DNA of 64,000 nucleotides from a plasmid: sequence record NC_009705.1; one strand, 5' to 3'. Shown piece by piece: positions 9,983 to 19,390 of this stretch (position 1 is its first letter; each line of letters starts with the position of its first letter). The notes under the pieces were generated by a model. It saw only the letters and a program-made list of their open reading frames with translations, ran no database searches and was not told where the DNA came from. The position numbers and the translations under genes were made by a program.

Positions 9983-10153
9983 ATGAAAACATTTAAAGAT
10001 ATGTCACCAATACAACGCATTGCAGCTCTGCGTAAAACAGGCGTAACTCTATTCCCAAACCTCTCTAAAGAAGAAAAGAGAGCAGTACTGTATGTCGAAA
10101 ACGAACCGACAGTATCAGCGCAAAGAAACGAGTATAAATTAGCCGTCTATTAA
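9983..10153 (+). CDS. Small hypothetical protein (56 aa from the ATG after the GGGGGAGG RBS)
   Basis: Strong SD 'AGGGGGAGG' 5 nt before ATG 9983. The longer ORF-track start lacks an RBS. Confidence 0.3.
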   Translation: MKTFKDMSPIQRIAALRKTGVTLFPNLSKEEKRAVLYVENEPTVSAQRNEYKLAVY

Positions 10154-10722
10154 TCTGTTGATGGGGATACAACCTCATCAACTGGTACACTCATCCTGAT
10201 AACATCTCCTTTCTGCCCGAACGTAAAATTCACATCGCCTTTCATGCTTTTCTGGTATCGTTCAACAATATCCGGTGCAGGCTCACAGACAGAAAGAACA
10301 TCACGAGACATGACTTGCCCTAGGATGGCGCTATACGTAATAGACGCTGGGATCATGAAACCTTTGAGTGATGTACAACCGATATCGCGCTGCACAAACT
10401 GTAGCTCAACATCAGTGGTAAGTAATTTCCCAGAAAAAAGCCCACCAAATACCCCGTTACTGGAAACCGCAATAACAAACTTCTTAGGGGAATATTTAGA
10501 CTTATGATAGATATCTTCCCAAGACCAACCACCATATCCATCCTTGTGTGCTGACGTATCAGGCCAAGACTCAGCTCTACTGAAATGCTGCTCAGTACAC
10601 ACTTCAAAGTGAAGAGAAGGAAGAACAATGCTGGGAAGAAGTACCGTCATATCTTGAGAGTAAGCGTCAGCAGCCAAAGGGCCAATACTAGAAAGAACAT
10701 CATTAAACTCAAGTTTGTTCAT
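10150..10722 (-). CDS. Hypothetical protein (~190 aa, start at 'MNKLEFNDVL')
   Basis: The ORF-track N-terminal extension is Cys/hydrophobic-rich and lacks start signals, so the internal ATG at 10722 is taken. Confidence 0.35.
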   Translation of the reverse strand: MNKLEFNDVLSSIGPLAADAYSQDMTVLLPSIVLPSLHFEVCTEQHFSRAESWPDTSAHKDGYGGWSWEDIYHKSKYSPKKFVIAVSSNGVFGGLFSGKLLTTDVELQFVQRDIGCTSLKGFMIPASITYSAILGQVMSRDVLSVCEPAPDIVERYQKSMKGDVNFTFGQKGDVIRMSVPVDEVVSPSTD

Positions 10723-10947
10723 GCAGCACCACGAAGCAACACAATGAAAGAACAGCATTATAACATGAGAGAGACACGGAGGAGTGAGGCATAGCCCTTT
10801 TTTCATAGCTCTGCTACTCCTGACTAGCATCACAAAAATGACGCTGCAAGCCAAGAGTAGTGAAACCGTGCCTGCTTTGAAAATCGGTGTGTTTACATGC
10901 CGATATCCCCTGACTCCATCCCTATATCCCACGATGCACTTTTACCG

Positions 10948-11010
10948 CCCCCATTGGGGTTGTACGCCGGAAACGCCGAAATTTCCGTAACGCATGATTT
11001 TGGCGTTCGT
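10948..11010. repeat. Imperfect-palindromic repeat (family C) 'GGGGTTGTACGCCGGAAACGCC-GAAATTTCCGT...'
   Basis: About 40 nt are near-identical to 14150-14190, with a weaker third copy at 14285-14325. Confidence 0.5.
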
Positions 11011-11247
11011 CTGCTTGCACGTAAAACCGAGTGTTGGAGTGTTTTGTCGAACGATCTTACACATTTACGCACGAATCCTTACCCCATGTCATCATAAGGA
11101 TGAGGGGCGAAAAAATTCATGGTTAGGCGACATCAAAAGAAGCGATTTAATCTCCTAATCATGAACAGGGGACAGGTGAAACATAAATTAGACGTTATTC
11201 TGGTATCACGATAGAATATCATCACGCAGAAATAAGGAGATAACGCG

Positions 11248-11571
11248 GTGACAGAATCAAAAATGGAAAAAAAACTTGCCATGTCAGGTTTTACTCAACG
11301 TGATATAGAGAAAATAAAAATAAATGCATACAATACCTCGACGACCATAGAAGGTGTTGTCGAGACATTGTATAAGCGATTTAAAACATCTTTGATTATT
11401 ACATCCATATTGGTTGTAGTATGGTTTTTTGTTCTCTTTACGCAAGAAAAAACAAGTGTCATTTCATTTTCTATCACACTGATTATATCAATAATGATAT
11501 TATTCCTGACAATGCCTACCACAATTGCATTTAAAGCATATGTATTTAGGATGAAAAATAAAGTCAATTAA
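11248..11571 (+). CDS. Small membrane protein (107 aa, 2 TM)
   Basis: GTG start 7 nt after AAGGAGA. Two hydrophobic helices. Confidence 0.45.
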   Translation: MTESKMEKKLAMSGFTQRDIEKIKINAYNTSTTIEGVVETLYKRFKTSLIITSILVVVWFFVLFTQEKTSVISFSITLIISIMILFLTMPTTIAFKAYVFRMKNKVN

Positions 11572-12367
11572 TACTGTCTGTGGACATGAGATCAATAATA
11601 ACCTTTGCTTTTAAACCATAGCCGACCATTTTTATGGAGAGCTTTGGCATGCTCATATTATCAACCTTTCGAACAAAATCGCTTCTCATGGTATAAAATA
11701 ATTTCCAGCTATTCGACCTAAAAGCCAAGCCATAGATGCTATACACATTAGCACCAAGACTTATTGCTGTATAAGATGCCAATGCTGAATTTCTTTCAAC
11801 CCCTAAAAAACCCGCCGTACTGATGAAACCATCGGCAACTAATCCTTCAGTTTCATTATCCCCTAATAATTTACTAACATTTTTATCTACTGTATTAACC
11901 CCATCAACAACCATGATCACACCAAACATTTGCCCCAGAACAGGCATAGTGGACATCATTAATCCGCCAGTAAAAAGTTGAACACCGCCCAATATGATAT
12001 TAAAACCTGTTATAACATAACCTATGATCCTTTCATTTTCTTTAATTATTTTAATAGATGAGTAAAAAGAAGCATTTTTGTTTCTTATTAAGCGGTCTTG
12101 ATAATGTAATGCGTCATATTCTGACTTTAAATTTTGAATGCAACGCATACAATCAGAATCTGATTTGGATTTTCTGAATAAATTAAATTGTTCGTCAATT
12201 AACGACTTTATCTCTGATACGAAACTAATTTTCGAGCTGCTACTTTTTAAATAATTAAAAGATAATTGATTAGTAATATCTATTAGTTTTCGCGCTTCAA
12301 GATTAATCATCGTTTCAAAATATGAATTTTTATTATAAGTTCCAATATAGTTGTTCATAACGCCCAA
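11564..12367 (-). CDS. Hypothetical membrane protein (267 aa), very AT-rich
   Basis: Glycine-rich TM block 'GFNIILGGVQLFTGGLMMSTMPVLGQMFGVIMVV'. No catalytic motif. Confidence 0.5.
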   Translation of the reverse strand: MGVMNNYIGTYNKNSYFETMINLEARKLIDITNQLSFNYLKSSSSKISFVSEIKSLIDEQFNLFRKSKSDSDCMRCIQNLKSEYDALHYQDRLIRNKNASFYSSIKIIKENERIIGYVITGFNIILGGVQLFTGGLMMSTMPVLGQMFGVIMVVDGVNTVDKNVSKLLGDNETEGLVADGFISTAGFLGVERNSALASYTAISLGANVYSIYGLAFRSNSWKLFYTMRSDFVRKVDNMSMPKLSIKMVGYGLKAKVIIDLMSTDSIN

Positions 12368-12522
12368 TCCCTATGGCATACAAGTAGTTGCTACAATTTA
12401 AGCCCTATGCTCAAGAAAGAAAAGCCCATTTTATCTATCAAGCTAACATGTCTTTTATTTTAGGATTATTGCCTGATAAGAACACACGTGATTATGATGT
12501 TTCTTAATAGTGGATTATGGCG

Positions 12523-13647
12523 CTACTTTTTAGTTTTCGTATTTTTGGTGGTTATCACCTTAGCTGACATCACTTGCACCAACTCCTTGTATCTTGCTTC
12601 AGCTTCATTCAAATTAGCTGTAATGATGGCCAGCATATCCAACTTAGATTTTAGCTCACCTGTAACTGCCGACACTTCTGATCTTAAATTAATGACTAAC
12701 TCATCACGGTCGGAAATCTCAGCGGTTTTCTGAGCATTATCAGCGGCAAGCCTCTCAATATCACGCAAATATGAATCGTTGGTGCTTTGAAGTTTGATAG
12801 TTTCTTCGCGAAGCTCAAAGAGTCGGCGCTCGCTATCCTTAAGTGAACGCTGTATTTGAGAGCGATCATCATTACAAGCTGCTAACTCCGCCTGTAAATG
12901 TGCATACGCAGATTCAAGCGTTGAATGGCGTTGCTGTTGCTGTTTCGCATCATTGGCCATACTGAGCACTTCACGTTCAAGTTTATCTATCTTCAGCTCA
13001 CTGCTTTCTTTCAACTCATCGTATGCTGTTTTGATATTTTCACGATCAAGTAAAACGGTCGAGAGTTGTTTCTGTAATTCTTCTATTCTTGCCTCGCTGC
13101 GCTTTTGCTCACCCTGAAGAGTGGCCTTCAGTTCACTAATTTGGCTCTCGAGATTCCCATTAAGTTTTTGCTCGCCCTGAAGTTTATCTAATGCGCTGTC
13201 TCTTTGCCGTATGGCCACTTCTAACTGGTCGGTGGCCAAGTCCACTTTGTACTGCATTTCTTCAAGGCGACTGTTCCATTCTGACACATCTTCAGAGAAT
13301 CGGTTTTTAGCTTCTACACACGCGAATTCCCAGATGCTACTTAACATTGTAGCTAGTTGAGGAGGGAGGCTTTGGGATAGAAAATCCATTTTACGTAGCA
13401 TCAAACCTTGCTTTTCTCGGTAGTCCTTTTTGGCTCGGTTGATGTCATGGGCAGAGCCTTTGCCAATCATTGTCCTTACCGATGTCCAACTGGGAATAGC
13501 GATTCCTGCTTTAGACAACTCTTCGCAACACAGTAATGTACGGTCGTAAGCTTTCATGGTTTGCCAGCCAGTGACATGCTCCAGCTTTTGCATAATCCTC
13601 TCTAGTTCTGCCGTATCAACACCATTACTGCCTAGCTTATCGTCCAT
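12523..13647 (-). CDS. KfrA_N-like DNA-binding domain protein with long coiled-coil tail (~374 aa, start at 'MDDKLGSNG')
   Basis: N-terminus 'VDTAELERIMQKLEHVTGWQTMKAYDRTLLCCEELSKAGIAIPSWTSVRTMIGKGS' resembles the KfrA N-terminal wHTH. The remainder is E/K/Q-rich heptad coiled coil. GAGGTGGG RBS before ATG 13647. The 112-codon upstream extension in the ORF track is rejected. Confidence 0.55.
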   Translation of the reverse strand: MDDKLGSNGVDTAELERIMQKLEHVTGWQTMKAYDRTLLCCEELSKAGIAIPSWTSVRTMIGKGSAHDINRAKKDYREKQGLMLRKMDFLSQSLPPQLATMLSSIWEFACVEAKNRFSEDVSEWNSRLEEMQYKVDLATDQLEVAIRQRDSALDKLQGEQKLNGNLESQISELKATLQGEQKRSEARIEELQKQLSTVLLDRENIKTAYDELKESSELKIDKLEREVLSMANDAKQQQQRHSTLESAYAHLQAELAACNDDRSQIQRSLKDSERRLFELREETIKLQSTNDSYLRDIERLAADNAQKTAEISDRDELVINLRSEVSAVTGELKSKLDMLAIITANLNEAEARYKELVQVMSAKVITTKNTKTKK

Positions 13648-13825
13648 TAGAGTTCCCACCTCAAAATACATTCGTATATGTACGTATATTACTCCATATC
13701 GATACCATATAGAACCTTTCAGTGCAGCCTGCACGAGATGAGGCACGAAGTGGCAGCAAATCCAAAGCCAAATCATACGTACATATATGTACGTATATGG
13801 ATACATACGATACTTTTCATAGAAA

Positions 13826-13863
13826 TACTTCTGATAACTGTAATTATCAGAAGTATTTCCAAA
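13826..13863. promoter_or_regulatory. Perfect 16-bp inverted repeat GAAATACTTCTGATAA-N6-TTATCAGAAGTATTTC, plus two copies of 'TATGTACGTATAT' at about 13675 and 13783. Candidate operator of the KfrA-like gene.
   Basis: Read directly from the sequence in the 5' region of the 12523..13647 gene. Confidence 0.45.
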
Positions 13864-14145
13864 TTTATGATTTTTTGTCGATTCGTGTAGATGTGTGCAG
13901 AGACAATAAAGTTTGTCCACTAAAGTTAAGTAGGCTAAATTTTGTACAGGCCAGATGATTTTGGATACTGTATGGGACAAAGCAGAAAACTCGAAACTCT
14001 TGAAGACTATAAAAGGGCTTTAAAAGGGAAGTATGGAATTGGTGAAGGAGCTGACTACAAGCCGTGGCTCAGAGTTCAGGATGTAAAATCTCAAGGTATC
14101 CGCACTCAAGTCTAGGGCAGAAAAGTTCGCAGAGTACACCACCTG

Positions 14146-14210
14146 CTATTAGGGGTTTTACGCCGGAATGCCAGAAAAATCCGTCACCTAAGCTGATGGT
14201 TAAGTGACGG
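14146..14210. repeat. Imperfect-palindromic repeat (family C copy 2) 'GGGGTTTTACGCCGGAATGCCAGAAAAATCCGTCACCTAAGCTGATGGTTAAGTGACGG'
   Basis: Matches 10948-11010. Internal IR CCGTCACCTAA/TTAAGTGACGG. Lies just 3' of the PIN-like gene. Confidence 0.5.
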
Positions 14211-14328
14211 TATTTAGCGTCAAAATCGTCTTTTATATGTTGTCACTCAATCGGTCGTTAATGTGACAAAGCACGCCGTGTGTGGGGGCAGAAAAATCCG
14301 TGGGTACGGCGCAAACAACCTCATTTAG

Positions 14329-15402
14329 TCACATCCGTGGGTCTTCCCAAGGCGTCTCTTCAACGGAAAACTCGATTCCGCCGCCGATACCCTTAATGTG
14401 CAGTTCAAATTCATCATTTATAAATTCATCAACATCTGCTTCAAAAGAAAGATCCAATTCAACTGAAAAATATTGCTCTTCTTCCTCCTGACGCGCGGTA
14501 GTATCAAATGTGTAGATAACTCCGTCTTCTTTATCGTAATGGCCATTTACATAGTCTGGCCCACTTACATCCGCAAGAAGCTTTACACTGACATCGAATA
14601 TGATCTGGCAGCTTTCGTCGTCCAGATGTATTATTTTGGGTTCAAAATCGCCGACCTCAATAACCTCAAAAGAATCAAGTTCGGCATCTTCCCAAGTAGA
14701 AGAATTATAAGCATCCGCCTGCTCTAGTTGCTCCTTGATGGTTTTCTTTATATTTTCTTTTTTCCGGAGCAGAAACTCTTCTACAAATTTTGACCGTTGA
14801 TCATTATGCTTATTGTAAATATCTAAAAGTGCACTTAGCGTTTCAACGCTAACAAATTTCTGATTTTCCTCGCAAAACGCCTTATGATCTGGATCGGAAG
14901 AAACAACATAAATTTTTTCTTGCCCCTTTAATGCAGATCGGATAGCGAGAAGCGAAAACGCATCACGAAATTCATTTGGTTTTTTGACGCTGAATGGTGT
15001 TTTTTGATTGAAAAACATGTCGATGATTTCGTTGCCATCGACTTTTCCCATATCAACAATTAAGGCGTTAGAAGCATCAATGAAACCATCAAATGCTGAT
15101 AATGCTTTCGCTATCAAATCGTTTTCATCAATCTCTACGAAAAGACCCTTGATGCTATCTTCGTTGTATTCTTTCAGAATGGCTGCTTTACGCCTAAAGT
15201 TATTGACCCCTTTCAACGCCTCCTTAATATGATCAGTAATTTTTCTCTTAACCTCATTCACAACAATCGTACTTGTCATGTGACTAAGTTTGCCATCTCC
15301 ACACAAGTCTTCAAAAGACTTAATCGTCCTTGAATGAAAGTCCAGATGAGCCTTTACAAAGAACTCTGTATCAATAAAAACATTTCTTGTAACTAGAGGC
15401 AT
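14329..15402 (-). CDS. PIN-like domain nuclease with acidic C-terminal region (357 aa)
   Basis: N-terminal 'RNVFIDTEFF' (first PIN aspartate) and later 'YVVSSDPDH' (distal acidic cluster). The C-terminal third is D/E-rich. Single gene bounded by repeats. Confidence 0.5.
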   Translation of the reverse strand: MPLVTRNVFIDTEFFVKAHLDFHSRTIKSFEDLCGDGKLSHMTSTIVVNEVKRKITDHIKEALKGVNNFRRKAAILKEYNEDSIKGLFVEIDENDLIAKALSAFDGFIDASNALIVDMGKVDGNEIIDMFFNQKTPFSVKKPNEFRDAFSLLAIRSALKGQEKIYVVSSDPDHKAFCEENQKFVSVETLSALLDIYNKHNDQRSKFVEEFLLRKKENIKKTIKEQLEQADAYNSSTWEDAELDSFEVIEVGDFEPKIIHLDDESCQIIFDVSVKLLADVSGPDYVNGHYDKEDGVIYTFDTTARQEEEEQYFSVELDLSFEADVDEFINDEFELHIKGIGGGIEFSVEETPWEDPRM

Positions 15403-15826
15403 TTCCTACACTCCAAGCTGTTTGGGGTTCCGCGCACATTTCCACGTAAAGTTCCACCTGATAGGTAAAAATCATCAATTAACAATGTATTAGGTGTCAA
15501 AAAAAGTAAATCCTTTTATTGTAAGATTCACCCAAATACGCCCCTTCCGTTACCACATTGTTTTCCGACTGTTCAACAAGCATTTTCATGACTGAAACTG
15601 AGGAATTTGCACAAAACCTTTTGCTCCGAGGGTTCAGCCCAATCCCCTTCAAGTTCCCTAACACTTCTCGAATTGAACTCCAATTCTGAGACAGTTCTTT
15701 AAACGCAAAAAGGCGTTTACGGGCAATTTCAGCACCTAACCGGCATACCCTGTGAGCGATTACTAAATATCGATAATCACTTCACTGAATTAATGCTAAT
15801 GTACGCATACGCTAGCATTAACTCTT

Positions 15827-16105
15827 CTATTTGGTCACTTTCTTCTTTTTAATAGTACGGATCTTTCCGCTGTAACCAAGCTTCACTGTTTCTATATCTG
15901 CCAAAGTCGCAGACCAGTAATTGTATGCGGCCAAGCGATATCTCAATGCAAAAACCTCAATCGTATCCTTCGAGCTGTGCTCACTTCTCCGTACACGATG
16001 CATATCACCAAAGATGGCCACGATATGCGACTGACTGCCCTTGCGAGCAAACAAGCTGTGACATAGACGATTGACGACAAGTGGAAATAGAAAATTCATC
16101 ACCAT
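15827..16105 (-). CDS. Hypothetical small protein (92 aa), possibly a gene fragment
   Basis: ORF only. Basic C-terminus. Nothing recognisable. Confidence 0.2.
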   Translation of the reverse strand: MVMNFLFPLVVNRLCHSLFARKGSQSHIVAIFGDMHRVRRSEHSSKDTIEVFALRYRLAAYNYWSATLADIETVKLGYSGKIRTIKKKKVTK

Positions 16106-16521
16106 TTCTAAATCTCCCTAAAATGACTATCCCTACCAGTTAAAGCATTTTGATTTACTTTCCAAACGGTCGCAGGAACGTGACAGTATTATTGCAATGA
16201 TTAACAACACCTGTATTTGAATTTTAAAATTGAGAAACCTCTGAATTACATATATATTATCAGAAATTGCTTTTGGTTTGAGATGTAAAAGAACTACTAT
16301 TTTCAGCATTATGAAGTCGTTGCAAAATAGGGACATCCAGATTAGGTTTTTTCAGATTATAGAGGTGCCAAAAAAATTCACTCTTGAAAAAAATGAAATT
16401 ACTTTTGATAATGAGTGTATTCATGGTTTACCATGTTGTTCGGAAAAGATAGATGAAATGATGAATGATCTTTAACTACCTAGTTATTAACTTCTAAATT
16501 TTTATTAATGGAAATAGTAAT

Positions 16522-16860
16522 ATGAGCAACATTTGGAAAATATTAATCCCAGTACTGTTTTTTTCACCTTTTTTGAATGCGGCAGAATACAAAATTAATA
16601 TTCCTTCTGATTCAAAAGCTGAATACGTCGTGCTAAACAAAGGAAACCTCGGTGACCTAAAGACAATAGTAACGAAACGATCTGGGTCATCCGGTATCAG
16701 TTACTCTGAGCGGGCCTATGATTGCAATCATCGCACAGTGAAATACCTTGGAAGTGGGGAAACACTTGAACAAATGAAAGCATCCAGTGAAGATAAAAAC
16801 ATGAGTGACATATTTTCAGGCTCAATAGCGGACTTTGTTGGCCAAGAAGCATGTAAATAA
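16522..16860 (+). CDS. Small secreted protein (signal peptide, 112 aa)
   Basis: N-terminal 'MSNIWKILIPVLFFSPFLNAAEY' signal peptide. Confidence 0.45.
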   Translation: MSNIWKILIPVLFFSPFLNAAEYKINIPSDSKAEYVVLNKGNLGDLKTIVTKRSGSSGISYSERAYDCNHRTVKYLGSGETLEQMKASSEDKNMSDIFSGSIADFVGQEACK

Positions 16861-17045
16861 TTATTATCAACGGTTAACTACTCAAGTTTATACCCAGTTA
16901 GCCGGTTAAATACTCCACACAAAAAAAGGTTGTTTTGACGCTATTGATAGATACGATGCTAATGCAGTTTTATTATCAAGTGTTTTACCTCAGCTAGCAT
17001 ACTGAATAAAACGAAACAGTTTGCAGATCTTAACATGTAGAATTT

Positions 17046-17603
17046 TTATTTTTCAATATATTCAATGTATACACTGCCCTTTTGTCTATCATCACCATAT
17101 GAGTCACCCTGATTGCCCATTCCGAGATATATCCTTATTGTATAATTATTAGCATTAAACTTAGATTCCCAAGCGCCACAATTAGAATTTTGTATGCATG
17201 GATAAAAATTAAAAGAAGTATTTGATATGTGCTCATTTACTTCAATAGGAGTGCCATATTGTTCGATAAGCTTATTCTTTAGTTCACTATACTTTATGAT
17301 CCCATTATCCTTATCTCCGGAAATATCATAAGTATTATAAACAATCTTGTTTAGCTTCTTATTTTTGAAATATTGACGATAGAATCCCTCGCTAAAACCA
17401 TTCTCTGGAACTGAGGATGTGAATGTAACAATAACACCATTCTTTTCTTCTGACTCAGTATAGATAGACGAACCTGCTGATTTTACTGAGTATGGCGACA
17501 TTCCCCATTGATAACCGAAGGGGGCATCATTTTTATCATCGCACCCAACAATGCTGAATATGCATACCAAAAGGAGAAAAATACGCATGTAAAAAACCTT
17601 CAA
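17046..17603 (-). CDS. Lipoprotein (185 aa)
   Basis: 'LLLVCIFSIVGCDD' lipobox. Confidence 0.5.
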   Translation of the reverse strand: MKVFYMRIFLLLVCIFSIVGCDDKNDAPFGYQWGMSPYSVKSAGSSIYTESEEKNGVIVTFTSSVPENGFSEGFYRQYFKNKKLNKIVYNTYDISGDKDNGIIKYSELKNKLIEQYGTPIEVNEHISNTSFNFYPCIQNSNCGAWESKFNANNYTIRIYLGMGNQGDSYGDDRQKGSVYIEYIEK

Positions 17604-17708
17604 TTATAATCTGTTAACGTTTGAATGATGATTATCATAGTGTCATAGTTTTATGTCAAAGTTTTAGTCTGATAGAACCTTCATAATGAAAGAAGTGAGG
17701 GAAAACTA

Positions 17709-18041
17709 TCAGCCAATTAAAGCCTTCGATTTAGCTCTTACTTCAGATAATTCAAGCGCGGATACACGCCCTTTTCGTGTAGCTTTACGTTTACGCCAGT
17801 CTAGGCTTTTAATTTGATCTGATAAAACTGCACTTGGCTTTGTTCCTGCGATAATTACTTCAAATGGATAGCCCTTAATCTGCGTCGTCATCGGACAACA
17901 CAACATTAACCCAACTTTTTCATTATATATCGCTGGGCTTAGTACAAGAGCAGGTCTATGCCCCGCTTGCTCATGGCCAGCCTGTGGATCAAAATCAAGC
18001 CACACTATGTCGCCAGCTTCAGGAACGTAATTTTTAATCAT
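17709..18041 (-). CDS. pemK: Type II toxin, PemK/MazF/ChpB-family mRNA interferase
   Basis: 'GDIVWLDFDPQAGHEQAGHRPALVLS' is the family signature. 110 aa. Lies immediately 3' of the antitoxin gene. Confidence 0.8.
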   Translation of the reverse strand: MIKNYVPEAGDIVWLDFDPQAGHEQAGHRPALVLSPAIYNEKVGLMLCCPMTTQIKGYPFEVIIAGTKPSAVLSDQIKSLDWRKRKATRKGRVSALELSEVRAKSKALIG

Positions 18042-18044
18042 AAC

Positions 18045-18290
18045 TTACAGTGCCTCTTTCCCTACAGGCTTCCCGAAATCTACTTCGCGGTGGATATTAT
18101 CGTCAGTTAGTCTACCTAATAGCGATTGCAGCGATATTTCTTTAGCCCGTACTGGCACAATAACAATACGCCCATCTTCAACCACGATATCTACAGTATC
18201 ATCTATCTTCAAACTGGCGGCTTCCATAACTGCAACAGGCAGTCTTACAGAAGGACTATTGCCCCATTTTTTTACTATAACTTGTGCCAT
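18045..18290 (-). CDS. pemI: Type II antitoxin, PemI/MazE/ChpS (AbrB/SpoVT swapped-hairpin)
   Basis: 'MAQVIVKKWGNSPSVRLPVAVMEAASLKIDDTVDIVVEDGRIVIVP' is the MazE-type fold. 3-nt gap to the toxin gene. Confidence 0.75.
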   Translation of the reverse strand: MAQVIVKKWGNSPSVRLPVAVMEAASLKIDDTVDIVVEDGRIVIVPVRAKEISLQSLLGRLTDDNIHREVDFGKPVGKEAL

Positions 18291-18304
18291 AAACTCACTC
18301 CAAC

Positions 18305-18375
18305 CACAGTATCAACATTGTTGATACTTTACGCATTAACATCTTATGTGTCAACAATGTTGATACAGTAAAAAA
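18305..18375. promoter_or_regulatory. Two palindromic operator-like sites (AGTATCAACATTGTTGATACT and GTGTCAACAATGTTGATACAG) upstream of pemIK
   Basis: Perfect or near-perfect palindromes with a TCAACA-N-TGTTGA core, typical of MazE/PemI autoregulation. Confidence 0.5.
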
Positions 18376-18550
18376 TGCTGACTCTACTGTCCACTAATCA
18401 TGGAATGAGCACACGAGATCAAGTTATGACTGTGTAGTCCCTCATGTTTATCAGAGCAGTTTATATAGAAACAAGTTAAAACTAAGCTAACATCCCAGCA
18501 CTTATTACATGAATGTCCTATCAAACACACATCTTATGTAGATATCATTT

Positions 18551-19390
18551 TTAATCAGGAGTTTTACTACTTATATAATTGAGAATATACTTTAAGCCAT
18601 TTTTATCGATCTTATTGCTTTCAGATATGGAGATATCAACAGGTAGAAACTTATTTTCTGCTTTATTATAAAGGAAGTTATTTTCTGACAGGTCAGATGG
18701 AGGACAACCTTTACTGTTCATCTCCTTGATCAGAGACATGAAATTTGTAGTAGATCCTGCTGGGAATTCGGTTACTTGAGATAACGGGTTACCCTTAATT
18801 TTATCCATTTGGATAGCTCTTTTTGAGAGTATATGCGCTGAATTTTCACCATAAAACTTTCTGAATGAAATAAGCTGCTTAACTATTTCATTATTCCCAA
18901 TGTCATTAGAGAAGATTTTAATCACTTTTTTATTATTGTCTCTGTCTTCAACAACAATAGCTTCACCTCCCACTCCAATAGTTCTACCAATACGTCGGGA
19001 ATATGCCTCGACGAAATCCACAGCGTTCATTTCTTTCATTTGACTGACTTGATGTGTAGGTATTGTATTTTTAGCGTGAACCATTGAAGGCGAGTTACAG
19101 TTTCGAATGAAACCTTCTACTTGATTTTTTACTTTGGGGTTTGAAACCTGTGACATTACCATTTTTAGGCCCAAAGATAACCTTATTGAACCATTACTTT
19201 TTTCTATTGGCTCATTTTTAGTGAATACATTTCTGGCTTCTGCTTTAGTAAGGCCAACAGAGACATTTGCAATTTTCACTAATTTATTTAGCGTGGTTTT
19301 TGATAAGCATTCATTTTTGCTTTTTTTTAATAAAGCAGTACTAATTGAATCTCTGCGAACATCAATACGCTGTTGCTTACTTATAAACAT
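18551..19390 (-). CDS. Atypical protein-kinase-like fold protein (279 aa)
   Basis: G-loop-like 'IGVGGEAIVV', then 'KKVIKIF' (VAIK-like lysine), 'PSDLSENNFLYN' (HRDLKPxN-like catalytic loop) and 'LPVDISIS' (DFG-like). The N-terminal ~110 aa are of unknown function. Confidence 0.4.
   Translation of the reverse strand: MFISKQQRIDVRRDSISTALLKKSKNECLSKTTLNKLVKIANVSVGLTKAEARNVFTKNEPIEKSNGSIRLSLGLKMVMSQVSNPKVKNQVEGFIRNCNSPSMVHAKNTIPTHQVSQMKEMNAVDFVEAYSRRIGRTIGVGGEAIVVEDRDNNKKVIKIFSNDIGNNEIVKQLISFRKFYGENSAHILSKRAIQMDKIKGNPLSQVTEFPAGSTTNFMSLIKEMNSKGCPPSDLSENNFLYNKAENKFLPVDISISESNKIDKNGLKYILNYISSKTPD

Noticed and set aside
12523-13980. 485-aa minus-strand ORF-track protein with a 112-residue N-terminal extension
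   Set aside because: The extension is low-complexity and Tyr/Cys-rich, and it spans the palindrome and repeat-filled promoter region. The ATG at 13647 has a GAGGTGGG RBS and begins the KfrA-like domain.
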